Assembly: GCA_964434055.1 (NCBI GenBank)
Contig: CAYSSY010000002.1
Location: forward strand, 16,076-69,557
DNA length: 53,482 nt
Direction of reading: 5' to 3'
Source of the DNA: an uncultured Gammaproteobacteria bacterium
Lineage (GTDB): Bacteria; Patescibacteriota; Patescibacteriia; UBA2196; CAYSSY01
The position numbers and the translations under genes are program-made. A model generated the notes under the pieces. It had not been told where the DNA came from. It saw nothing but the letters and a program-made list of their open reading frames with translations, and made no database searches. Below, piece by piece: positions 37,906 to 47,348 of the stretch (within the stretch, counting starts at the first letter, position 1; the number at the start of each line of letters is the position of its first letter).

Positions 37906-40269
37906 TTAATTAATTAACATCGGAATTTTTCTCAGATTACTGTTGGTGATTCCCAAACCCAAACGACGCATTAATTGGTAAGCATCTTCGGCAGTGCCCA
38001 GATAATAACGTTTCAAATTTACCGGACTGATATACCATGCTTCGCCCTTACCCTCAACTTGCAAAAGTATTCGTCCGGCTAATCTTTTTCTTAATCTTAA
38101 GTCACCAGAAAAATTTTCTGAGTCAGTAGGAATTTTTTGCAAATCAGAATTTTTAGCACCCAGACCGAACTTGCGCATAAGATTATAGGCATCCTGCGCG
38201 CGCCCTAAATAATAAGCTTTTCTAGTTGTCGGAGAAACATAGAACGCTTCACCCTTACCCTCAACAGCCAATAAAATTCTACCCAGTAATCGATTAACTA
38301 AATTATCATCGCAGTTTCTGCCGGAACCGACCGGATTATAACAACCATTGATTTCCAATAAATCATTATAACCATCAAGATCAGAGTCGCTTTTGTTTTT
38401 ATCGGTGCCATACAAATTTTCAAGAGAATCAGGTAAACCATCGCTATCGGTATCAGTATTAGCTACAGTGCCAACACTTGTTTGTGAATTAGACTGGGTG
38501 TCTTCCTGGTTTTGATTATTAGAATTTTCATCAACTGACGGGGAACTATAAACATAACTATATCCAGTATAATCACCGAGAATTTGATTATCGGTCCGTG
38601 TATAGTTATAAAGCTTAAATTCATCAATGGCTCCATGAGTAAAACCTCTTGCTAAGGTTGTATGATCATTTAAAAGACGAAAATTCGTACACATAATCGA
38701 ACCGGCATAAGAAGTTGTCGCACTCTTCACACCATTAACATAAAGATTGGCCTGACTCAATTCATTACTCCAGGTTAAAGCTAAATGTTTCCACTCAGAA
38801 TTTTTCCAAGCATCACTTGAGGTAGCAGTCTGAAAAACATAGTTTAAATTCTGGCCACCAATCAAGGCTTTAATTTTTTTCTGATTGTCACCCTGACTCT
38901 CATAATCATATTGAAGAGAAAAAAATCCATTATCTGTTTCCCAAAAATGTTGATCAGCACCTTTGATTTGATCAAACTTGAGCCACATTTCTAATGTGCC
39001 GTTGTTATTATCAAAATTACCACTACAACTATAATCCAGATATCCGGCTGAATTATTCAGTCTCAAAGCGGAAGTGGACACGCCATTTTCATAGCTCAGG
39101 GCATTGGTAATATAACTTGAGCTTGGTAAAATTTTGTCCTCACTTTCTAATTTTTTTTCAAATTTTAATTCAAATAATTTTTGTACCGGCGCAGAAGAAA
39201 TTATTTCAACCTCATTACCATTTATAAAACCAGACACCTTAGCGTAAACAGCGCTGCTTTTCCCTTGTAAAATTACATCACCTGAAGTCTCAATGCTAAA
39301 ATATGGCTTAGAACCAAGAGATACCTTGCTTAATTCATTGACATCCGCCTTTAAATAAAATTTATTTTCGGAACCAGCCGACAGCTCAACATTACTGAAA
39401 GTAAAAACTATATTACCAGATTCGACAGTTTGACTGGCTAACTGAGTACCAGATTCGTTGGTTATTTTAACTGTCGTCAAATTGTCGACACTCGAATTCT
39501 TTAGTTTAACTCTTAATTCTCTAAGATAGACATTTTCAGCATCATTCACTAGTAGGTTAAACATCAGAAAAGTTACATCTTTGGATAGAGGTGTTGCTTT
39601 TAAACCTAAAGGTGACAAGCTATTTTTTACTAAGCTAACTTTCGGATACTTTGCTGTCAGCCAAACACCATCAACTTTACTTGGGTTTGGTGTAACAGTA
39701 ACCGGATTGCCTGAATCTTGACCAGAAAAAACTGAACGATTTAAATCCAAGTCAAATTTAATTTTTAAACTGTCATCGACTGCAGAATCAACGTCAGCGA
39801 CTAAACTTAAACTTTTTGTTAACAATGGTCCAACTTGCCAGTTTAAATTTTGAAAATAAACACCATCAACCGAACTGCTAAAGGGTTGAGGCCCGGCGAT
39901 ATTGATTCCGTTTTCATTATCATAAAGATAATAATTCTTCAAACTACTACCATTCAAACTCGAGCTAGCGTCACGGCTAAACCAGATTGTGGTAAAACGC
40001 ACCATTTCCTGACTATTATTATTAAAAACAAAACGCTCTAAATAATTTCCACTAGAGTTCACTAAAATATTCTGAGCACTAGAACTTTGGCCAAGGTTTA
40101 TTGTCATCGGTATTTCTGCTTGAGCCAAAATAAATTGCCATGATGTTATGGAAAGTAATAAAAAAATTGCCAGCCAAAAGTAATAGCGAGCAATTTTGAA
40201 ACGCCTAAAACCTACTTTTAATGAATTTTTAAAATTATACTGCTTTTCAGGTGCAATAAAATTAGCCAT
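37906..40269 (-). CDS. Surface/S-layer-like protein: Ig-like region, LamG domain, DxDxDG repeats, duplicated C-terminal module
   Basis: N-terminal TM; LamG GTLEMW..WKHLALTW..LYVNG..IDEFKLY; DTDSDGLPD; GRILLxVEGKGEAxYxSP..YYLG twice. Confidence 0.75.
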   Translation of the reverse strand: MANFIAPEKQYNFKNSLKVGFRRFKIARYYFWLAIFLLLSITSWQFILAQAEIPMTINLGQSSSAQNILVNSSGNYLERFVFNNNSQEMVRFTTIWFSRDASSSLNGSSLKNYYLYDNENGINIAGPQPFSSSVDGVYFQNLNWQVGPLLTKSLSLVADVDSAVDDSLKIKFDLDLNRSVFSGQDSGNPVTVTPNPSKVDGVWLTAKYPKVSLVKNSLSPLGLKATPLSKDVTFLMFNLLVNDAENVYLRELRVKLKNSSVDNLTTVKITNESGTQLASQTVESGNIVFTFSNVELSAGSENKFYLKADVNELSKVSLGSKPYFSIETSGDVILQGKSSAVYAKVSGFINGNEVEIISSAPVQKLFELKFEKKLESEDKILPSSSYITNALSYENGVSTSALRLNNSAGYLDYSCSGNFDNNNGTLEMWLKFDQIKGADQHFWETDNGFFSLQYDYESQGDNQKKIKALIGGQNLNYVFQTATSSDAWKNSEWKHLALTWSNELSQANLYVNGVKSATTSYAGSIMCTNFRLLNDHTTLARGFTHGAIDEFKLYNYTRTDNQILGDYTGYSYVYSSPSVDENSNNQNQEDTQSNSQTSVGTVANTDTDSDGLPDSLENLYGTDKNKSDSDLDGYNDLLEINGCYNPVGSGRNCDDNLVNRLLGRILLAVEGKGEAFYVSPTTRKAYYLGRAQDAYNLMRKFGLGAKNSDLQKIPTDSENFSGDLRLRKRLAGRILLQVEGKGEAWYISPVNLKRYYLGTAEDAYQLMRRLGLGITNSNLRKIPMLIN

Positions 40270-40404
40270 TTTTTATTTTTTGTTTTTATTTTATTGGTGT
40301 TTTTAAACTTTAATAATTATAACATATTTTTTAAAAAAAAGCAAATAAAAAACACTCTTTTCTTAATTAAATAAGACAAAGAGTGTTTATATTTAAAAAT
40401 ATAT

Positions 40405-40890
40405 TTAACGCTTGCTGAACTGAGGAGCTCGGCGTGCCCTTTTTAAACCAGGTTTTTTGCGTTCCTTAACTCGAGGATCGCGAGTAACATAACCAGCACT
40501 CCTTAAAACTGATTTTAAAGATTCATCCATTACTAGTAAAGCACGGGTAATCGCGTGGCGGACCGCTTCAGCCTGACTTTTAAAACCTCCCCCATAAACT
40601 TTGACTGAAGCGCTTAATGATTCTTTTTTTCCAGTCAGTTCCAAGGGCGCAATTACCATTTGTTTTAATTCAAAATAAGAAAAATATTTTTGCCAGTCTT
40701 GACCATTAACTATAATTTCCCCAGCTTTAGGATAAAGCCTGACTTGAGCGATTGCGGCTTTTCTTTTACCGACACCGTAATAATAATCCTTTTTCTGAAC
40801 TTTAACTTTCGTCGGCTCTTTGACAATATCTTTTTTAATTTCTTTTTTGACAGGTTCTTTTTTAACCTGATCTTTTTTAACTCTTGGCAT
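40405..40890 (-). CDS. rpsI: 30S ribosomal protein S9 with Lys-rich N-terminal extension
   Basis: GKRKAAIAQV, GGGFKSQAEAVRHAITRAL, TRDPRVKERKKPGLKRARRAPQFSKR. Confidence 0.97.
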   Translation of the reverse strand: MPRVKKDQVKKEPVKKEIKKDIVKEPTKVKVQKKDYYYGVGKRKAAIAQVRLYPKAGEIIVNGQDWQKYFSYFELKQMVIAPLELTGKKESLSASVKVYGGGFKSQAEAVRHAITRALLVMDESLKSVLRSAGYVTRDPRVKERKKPGLKRARRAPQFSKR

Positions 40891-41017
40891 ATTTATATAA
40901 TTTATTTTTCCAAGAAATTACTCTTTGGAAAAAACTTTATAATTTTAAGCATTAACTAGTGAAGTGCTATGAAAGCATTCTATTATAAAAAAAATAATAA
41001 GTCAAGGATAATATATA

Positions 41018-42778
41018 TTAATGTATAAAACCACCGGCTTGTATCTGCCAAAGCTTCTGATAAAGACCTCCCTTTTTGGCAACCAGTTCTTCGTGCCGGC
41101 CTTCTTCAACAACAGCACCTTTCCTGACCACAATTATACGATCCATTTTAATAATAGTTGAGAGTCTGTGAGCAATAACGATCGTTGTTTTATCTTGCAT
41201 TAATTTTGTTAACGCATCTTGAATTAAATGTTCTGAGTGAGAATCAAGGCTTGATGTTGCTTCATCTAAAACCAAAATAGGTGCATTCTTAAGTATTGCT
41301 CTGGCTATGGCTACGCGTTGACGCTCTCCACCAGAAAGTTTAATGCCTCGTTCGCCGACAAAAGTCTGATAACCATCCGGTAATCTTTTTATAAATTCAT
41401 CACAATGTGCTAATTTTGCCGCCCTAAGAACCTCTTGATCAGAAGCGTTACGCCGACCATAACGAATATTATCCATTAAACTGCGATGAAATAAAATTGG
41501 GTCCTGAGGAACTAAACTTAAATTTTTCCTCAAGGACTCTTGAGTGACGTCAGCAATATTCTGTCCGTCAATATAAATACCGCCATTTGATAAATCCCAA
41601 AAACGCAGTAATAAAGCAGCTAAGGTTGTTTTACCAGCACCTGAAGGACCAACAATACCAACTTTTTCTCCAGGTAAAACTTTCAAATTAAAGTTATTAA
41701 GAATGTCTCTAGTTTTAGTGTAAGTAAAATTTACATTTCGAAACTCGACCAAACCTTCAGTAACTAATAGCTTTTTGGCCTGTGGTTTATCCTGAACTTC
41801 ATAAGGTGTATTTAATATTTCGACCATCTCCTCAGCATCAGCCAACTGACGATACAAATCTCTAATCACCCGACCAAAACCCCAAAGCTGGTGAAAAATC
41901 TGAAACAAATATGATTGGATAAGAACAAAATCTCCAACGGTTAACAAACCTCTTTTCCAATAACCAATAGCTAGATACATAACATAAAATTCCAATAAAG
42001 CCATAAAAGCGCCTTGAACACCATTAATATAGGCGCTTAAATTCCAAGAAAACCTAGTCACTCGAAACTGCTCTTCGGTTATTTTTTTAAACTGCTTGAT
42101 TTCTTCTTTTTTTGATGTATAAACTTTAATGTTCGTACTGTTGGTTATAGAGTCAGCTAAAAAACCTGTCACCTGTGAATCAATTTCGGCGGCGCGAACG
42201 TCAAATTTTAATTTATATAAAGTGTATAAATAATTTAGTACTAAATAAATAACAACCCAACCAAGTAAAATTAAACTGATAAAAACATTACGCTGAAGTA
42301 AAACAATAAAAATTGCAATAATTCTAATCGCCATTTGCAATAAATCCCAATAAAACTTATCGGTAAAAACTTCAAAAGCCCGAGTTAAACGATTTACTTT
42401 GCGCACAAGAGCACCAACAAACTTATTAATAAAAAAACCAAAAGAATGACCATGTAAATATTCAAAACTGCTATTAGTTAAATCAGCCATTACTCTCGGT
42501 TCAAAATAATTACTGCCAAATTCAGCAACTCGCCAACAAAGCCATTCTAAGCCATTAAGTGCTAAAACAATAAAAATAATCTTTAATAATTCCTCAACTA
42601 ATTGATTATTAACTTCGCTGCCGCTTAAAAGATCAAAAAAATCTTTATAATAAAGAGGAGAAACAATTGAGGCGACAACTGCTAAGGTCGTAGCTACAAA
42701 CATAAAAAACAACAGGCTTTTGTAAGGCCTGGCGTGCCGCCAAAATAACTTGTAGGTTTGTTTCGTTAGCTCTTTCAT
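41018..42778 (-). CDS. ABC exporter, fused permease/ATPase (MsbA-like fold)
   Basis: Six-TM region; Walker A GPSGAGKTT, LSGGERQR, LDEATSSLD, IAHRLST. Confidence 0.94.
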   Translation of the reverse strand: MKELTKQTYKLFWRHARPYKSLLFFMFVATTLAVVASIVSPLYYKDFFDLLSGSEVNNQLVEELLKIIFIVLALNGLEWLCWRVAEFGSNYFEPRVMADLTNSSFEYLHGHSFGFFINKFVGALVRKVNRLTRAFEVFTDKFYWDLLQMAIRIIAIFIVLLQRNVFISLILLGWVVIYLVLNYLYTLYKLKFDVRAAEIDSQVTGFLADSITNSTNIKVYTSKKEEIKQFKKITEEQFRVTRFSWNLSAYINGVQGAFMALLEFYVMYLAIGYWKRGLLTVGDFVLIQSYLFQIFHQLWGFGRVIRDLYRQLADAEEMVEILNTPYEVQDKPQAKKLLVTEGLVEFRNVNFTYTKTRDILNNFNLKVLPGEKVGIVGPSGAGKTTLAALLLRFWDLSNGGIYIDGQNIADVTQESLRKNLSLVPQDPILFHRSLMDNIRYGRRNASDQEVLRAAKLAHCDEFIKRLPDGYQTFVGERGIKLSGGERQRVAIARAILKNAPILVLDEATSSLDSHSEHLIQDALTKLMQDKTTIVIAHRLSTIIKMDRIIVVRKGAVVEEGRHEELVAKKGGLYQKLWQIQAGGFIH

Positions 42779-42854
42779 TGATTAAAAAATAAAAAAAATA
42801 ATATTTTAAAATAATTACATTTTATATTAATGCGTCGCTTAATGATAACTGTTT

Positions 42855-44099
42855 CTACTTTTTTATAAATCTATCCTTACCAACTACTTTTTGTAAAACT
42901 TCTGGAACCATAACACTGCCGTCTGCTTGCTGAAACTGTTCCAATATCGCTGGAATTAATCTTGAGGTTGCCAAGCCTGAGCCATTTAAGGTGTGCAAAA
43001 AATCATTTTTCCCATTTTCATTCTTATAGCGGATGTTAGCTCTTCTCGCTTGATAATCTAAAGCATTAGAAATGGAGCTTACTTCTTTATACGTTGCCAT
43101 TGAGGGAATCCAAACCTCGATATCAATTGTTTTAGCCATCGCGGCCGAAGCATCTTCAGCTGCTAATTGTACGGTTTGATAATGCAAACCTAGACCTTCA
43201 ACTAGTTTTTCCCCATTTTTAACGAGCTCGTCAAAAGCGTGCCATGACTCCTCTGGTTTTGTGAAATGAAACATTTCGATTTTATTAAATTGATGACCCC
43301 GAATCATCCCCCGTTCCTCTTTGCGATAACTGCCGGCTTCCCGCCGAAAGCAAGCTGAATAGGAAAAATATTTTTTAGGTAATTCACTTCCACTTATAAC
43401 ATCATCGCGATGGAAATTATTAATCATCATTTCTGAAGTGGCGTCCAAACACAACCCGTCCTCTACCCAATATAAATCTTCTCTAAACTTTGGCAGATGT
43501 CCTGAGGCATAGGCTGATGTTTCGTTCAATAGATACGGTAAAAGCAAAAACTCATAGCCATTCTTTTTATGAAATTCAATAAAATAATTCAAGAGTGCCC
43601 ATTCTAACAAAGCCCCGTCACCGGTGTAGCACCAAAATCCAGCTCCACTCATTTTGGCAGCGCGCTCATAGTCAATCAACCCCAAACTCGTCGCTAACTC
43701 AATATGATCTTTGGCTTGAAAATCAAATTTTGATTTCTCGCCGAAAGTTTTTAAGACCTGATTATTTTCTTTACCACCGGCCACTACATCGTCCGCTGGA
43801 ATATTTGGCAAAACAGAAAGTCTTTCTGAAATTTCTGTTTCTGTCTGTTTGAGCTTTTCATCAAGCTCGGTAATCTTTAAACCGACCTGTTTCATCTTTT
43901 TTATTGTTTCCGCATCCGGCTTAGTTTTAGAATAGCGGTTACGTTCAGCTTTAAGTTCATCAGCCTTCTGAATTAGGTTGCGACGCAAATCATCTAATTT
44001 AATAATTGTTTCCAAATCTAAATCTTTTTTTGATATTCTTTTCAATAAAGATTTTTTAACTTCTTCAGTTTGATTGCGAATTTTATTAATATCCAACAT
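42855..44099 (-). CDS. serS: Serine--tRNA ligase
   Basis: MLDINKIR coiled coil; CFRREAG, HQFNKIE, YKEVSSISN, HTLNGSGLA. Confidence 0.96.
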   Translation of the reverse strand: MLDINKIRNQTEEVKKSLLKRISKKDLDLETIIKLDDLRRNLIQKADELKAERNRYSKTKPDAETIKKMKQVGLKITELDEKLKQTETEISERLSVLPNIPADDVVAGGKENNQVLKTFGEKSKFDFQAKDHIELATSLGLIDYERAAKMSGAGFWCYTGDGALLEWALLNYFIEFHKKNGYEFLLLPYLLNETSAYASGHLPKFREDLYWVEDGLCLDATSEMMINNFHRDDVISGSELPKKYFSYSACFRREAGSYRKEERGMIRGHQFNKIEMFHFTKPEESWHAFDELVKNGEKLVEGLGLHYQTVQLAAEDASAAMAKTIDIEVWIPSMATYKEVSSISNALDYQARRANIRYKNENGKNDFLHTLNGSGLATSRLIPAILEQFQQADGSVMVPEVLQKVVGKDRFIKK

Positions 44100-44171
44100 A
44101 TAATTTTGTAATAAAATAAAAGACTTTAATTTTTTGTTACTATTATTTTAGCTCTTTTTCTAAAAAAAAGC

Positions 44172-44196
44172 AAAAAAAAACTGCTCTTTAAGCAGT
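44172..44196 (-). terminator. Intrinsic terminator after the orphan ORF
   Basis: ACTGCT-taaag-AGCAGT followed by T8 on the minus strand. Confidence 0.65.
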
Positions 44197-44203
44197 GGCA
44201 ATG

Positions 44204-44437
44204 TTAGTCAAAAAGAGGCAATTCTTCTTCGTGTGGCTGACTGTTAAAAGCGGCTTTACCACCAACGTTTATAATCTCTTCCTGACCCGCGGGTACGTTG
44301 GCTAGTCTAATGCCGTTGAAATGTACGTCTGGTACCTCAACACCCTTTATTCCACTAACCATCACGTTGGGTTTGAGTGTTTCTTTTCTAACAGCTTCAA
44401 CTAGAGCCCTAATTTCCTCAGCTGATAAACTAGACAT
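44204..44437 (-). CDS. Hypothetical protein (orphan, 77 aa)
   Basis: SD GGAGGT (44442-44447) supports a start at MSSLS (44437). Confidence 0.65.
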   Translation of the reverse strand: MSSLSAEEIRALVEAVRKETLKPNVMVSGIKGVEVPDVHFNGIRLANVPAGQEEIINVGGKAAFNSQPHEEELPLFD

Positions 44438-44518
44438 TAAAACCTCCATGTTGTGTTAAGTATAAAAATAAAGAACTGGCTTTTAATAAATAAATATTAA
44501 ATAATTATCAACGAGCTG

Positions 44519-45061
44519 TCAAAGTAACCCGAGTGTATTGAATAAGATTAAACCACTGATCAAAAAAAATAATATTTCCGCGACCACATAATAAGGCTGG
44601 TGAAAATACCACCAGTACCAATTCTGCGGTTCAATATCAGCTCTAACTAAAAGACCAAAATGCTTTTTACTGAATGGCCAGAGCCAGGTAATACCCTCGG
44701 TCTCACCAATACCATCCATCACAAAATGAAAAATTATTAAAAAAAGGGCAATAAAAAAATATGGCCAAAATAAAAAGTCTAACCATATATTTAAGATCGC
44801 GGCAGTTAAAAAAATTCCGATATATAAAATTGGTTTATGAACAATATCCTGCCGGTGACTATAAGGATTGTCTTGATAATCCTGCTTGAGAATAAAATGA
44901 TGATAAATTCTTCTACCGTAACTAATAACACCAGAAAAGTCAGGCACCATACCCAAAAGCCAGCTCGCTACATATAACGGCCAGGTAAACTGTAAGCCAA
45001 CGATCTTAAAAATAATATAGGCCAAGACACTGGAAACACTGCCATGAATAGTGCCATGCAT
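44519..45061 (-). CDS. Membrane-bound metal-dependent hydrolase (YdjM/LexA-binding family-like)
   Basis: HGTIH, GMVPDF, HRQDIVH, HFVMD metal-ligand pattern with TM segments. Confidence 0.75.
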   Translation of the reverse strand: MHGTIHGSVSSVLAYIIFKIVGLQFTWPLYVASWLLGMVPDFSGVISYGRRIYHHFILKQDYQDNPYSHRQDIVHKPILYIGIFLTAAILNIWLDFLFWPYFFIALFLIIFHFVMDGIGETEGITWLWPFSKKHFGLLVRADIEPQNWYWWYFHQPYYVVAEILFFLISGLILFNTLGLL

Positions 45062-45208
45062 AACAAAAATTTTATTTTCTAATTTTAAATTTTAAAAAAT
45101 ATTTAAACACTGCCATGTTATTTTGACAAAAAACATTTTTTGTCATTCCCAACCTGATCTTGAGTCCAAAAAAATATGCTTCAGACAAAATTAATTAATA
45201 AAATATTT

Positions 45209-45826
45209 TTATACATTTTTCATCGCCCCTAACACCAACTCCACAAACTTCTCCCTCGGTATGCCAAGTTCTGTTTCGCAAGTGTAAATATGATCTCGAT
45301 TAACTGCCGCGGCAAAACGCGCTTCTTTAAATCTTTTTAACACTGATTCTACCTTGACTGAAGTTACACTTTTGTCCGGCATTACTTTGGAAACTGCCAC
45401 AATAAAGCCGGTCAATCCATCAACTGCAAATAACGCCTTAGCCAGCTTAGAATCTCTAGGAATATTTTGCACTTCATTGTGTGATTGAATGGCCCGAATT
45501 AAATCATCAGGAAAATCAATTTCTTTCAAAAATTTTTCTGTAAGTTCACCACAATGTTCTTTCATGTGTGCTTCCATATTTTCTTTGCCTGTAATTTTTT
45601 CATAATCAATGTCATGCAGTAATCCGCACATCGCCCAAGTGTGTTCATCTTCCCCGCCCGAGGCGGGTCCGCCTTGGGCGGAACTGTCATTAAAATAACG
45701 AGCCAAAGCTGCCAGCGCCACTTCAGTGTTCAAAAGATGCTCCCTACCCTCCAGTGATACATATTTCTCCACCAACTGCCAGCAAATTTCTCTCGAAATT
45801 TCTAATTTTGTTAATTTATTTTCCAT
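45209..45826 (-). CDS. HD-domain (HDIG-like) phosphohydrolase
   Basis: REHLL..GLLHDIDYE..HCGE..AIQSHN..LFAVDGLTGFI..FAAAVNR. Confidence 0.88.
   Translation of the reverse strand: MENKLTKLEISREICWQLVEKYVSLEGREHLLNTEVALAALARYFNDSSAQGGPASGGEDEHTWAMCGLLHDIDYEKITGKENMEAHMKEHCGELTEKFLKEIDFPDDLIRAIQSHNEVQNIPRDSKLAKALFAVDGLTGFIVAVSKVMPDKSVTSVKVESVLKRFKEARFAAAVNRDHIYTCETELGIPREKFVELVLGAMKNV
45653..45682. repeat. Double-hairpin palindromic element inserted in frame in the HD gene
   Basis: CCCGCC-cga-GGCGGG-TCCGCC-ttg-GGCGGA, exactly 30 nt, encoding SAQGGPASGG. Confidence 0.88.
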
Positions 45827-45846
45827 AATTCATTATTCTTAATTCA

Positions 45847-47331
45847 TTATTCTTTCTCTTGCGGTCGCATCAATGGAAACAAAACCACATCTCTTAAATT
45901 TGTCTGATTAGTTAAAAGCGTAAGCAATCGTTCGACTCCAAGCCCCCAACCGGAAATAGGCGGCATACCATATTCCATGGCCAAAATATAATCATCATCG
46001 CCAACCTGCGCCTCCTCATCGCCTTTTTTGGCCGCCTCCGCTTGTTCTTTAAAACGAGCGGCTTGGTCAGCTGGATCAACTAACTCTGAATATGCCTTAA
46101 CAATTTCCCAACCATTGATCACCAACTGAAATTGTTCCACCTTACTCGGATCAATATCACTTCTTCTGGCAAGCGGCTGCAGTTCTACCGGATAATTATG
46201 CAAAAATACCGGCCCGACAATATTAGGACGAGAAACTTTTTTATACAAAGCATCAACTAAACTGCCATAACCCATCTGTTCCATATCTTCAATCTCTATC
46301 TTTTTCTTTTTGATTTCCTTTTTTAATTCTTTAATGTCTTTTATCTTCTCAATATCAATGCCAGAATCTTTTTTAATCATGGCGACAAAATCAACTCTTT
46401 TCCATGGTGTAGTAAAATTTACTTCCCTGTTTTTACCATCTTTACCTATAACATTAATTTTTTTATCTAATTTTAACTCCTTAAACAAATAATTAAACAT
46501 CTTCTCAGTAAAAGCCATATTGTCTTCAAAATTCCAATAAGCTGCATAGTGTTCTAAACTCATGTGTTCCGGCAAGTGTGATGGATCAAAGCCTTCGTTG
46601 CGAAATACCTTACCCAGTTCAAAAACTTTCTCATAGCCGCCGACAATTAATTCTTTTAATGGTAACTCCAAAGAAATCCGGAGAAACACATCAATATCCA
46701 AACCATTGTTATGAGTTTTATAAGGCTTAGCTGAAGCACCGGTCGGTGAATGCATCAAAGTTTGTGTTTCCACTTCGGTAAAACCCTCGCTCCAATAAAA
46801 TTCGCGTAAAGCTCTAATAAAAGCACTTCTAAATTTAAAACGCGTGCGCGTCTCTTCGTTGGCAATTAAATCTAAATATCGCTGTCGGTAACATGACTCT
46901 TCATCTTTTAAACCATGCCATTTCTCTGGCAAAGGCCGCAAAGCTTTGCCTAAAAATTCAAATTTTTTGATTAAAAGTGTTTTCTCGCCCTTATGAGTGG
47001 TAAACACCTCACCCTCAACGCCAATAAAATCACCGTGATCAAAATAATCAACAAACGCCTTGAATTGTTCCTGACCAACCTCATCTGACTTAATGGCAAT
47101 TTGTGCTTTGCCAGAAAAATCCTGCAGGTGACAAAAAATCAACTTACCCATAATACGTACAGTCATAATCCGACCAGCGGTCTTTATGGTTTTACCATCA
47201 GAAACAGACTTTATTTCCAAAACTGAATTTTTTTTATCAAATTTAGCTGGATATGGATTAATCTGTTTAGTCTTCAGGGTCTGTAATTTTTTTAAACGAA
47301 TTTGATATTCGTTTTTATACTCTTGAGACAT
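45847..47331 (-). CDS. lysS: Lysine--tRNA ligase (class II)
   Basis: KALRPLPEKWHGL, YRQRYLDL, LRISLEL..KELIVGG, FRNEG, NGWEI..YSEL, YGMPP..GLGVERL. Confidence 0.96.
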   Translation of the reverse strand: MSQEYKNEYQIRLKKLQTLKTKQINPYPAKFDKKNSVLEIKSVSDGKTIKTAGRIMTVRIMGKLIFCHLQDFSGKAQIAIKSDEVGQEQFKAFVDYFDHGDFIGVEGEVFTTHKGEKTLLIKKFEFLGKALRPLPEKWHGLKDEESCYRQRYLDLIANEETRTRFKFRSAFIRALREFYWSEGFTEVETQTLMHSPTGASAKPYKTHNNGLDIDVFLRISLELPLKELIVGGYEKVFELGKVFRNEGFDPSHLPEHMSLEHYAAYWNFEDNMAFTEKMFNYLFKELKLDKKINVIGKDGKNREVNFTTPWKRVDFVAMIKKDSGIDIEKIKDIKELKKEIKKKKIEIEDMEQMGYGSLVDALYKKVSRPNIVGPVFLHNYPVELQPLARRSDIDPSKVEQFQLVINGWEIVKAYSELVDPADQAARFKEQAEAAKKGDEEAQVGDDDYILAMEYGMPPISGWGLGVERLLTLLTNQTNLRDVVLFPLMRPQEKE

Positions 47332-47348
47332 ATATAATACTCTTATTG

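Noticed and set aside
44182-44194. TGCTCTTTAAGCA as a boxA antiterminator
   Set aside because: It forms the stem-loop of a minus-strand terminator and points away from the local genes. A similar word at ~51436 is also inside a hairpin, which weakens boxA claims generally.
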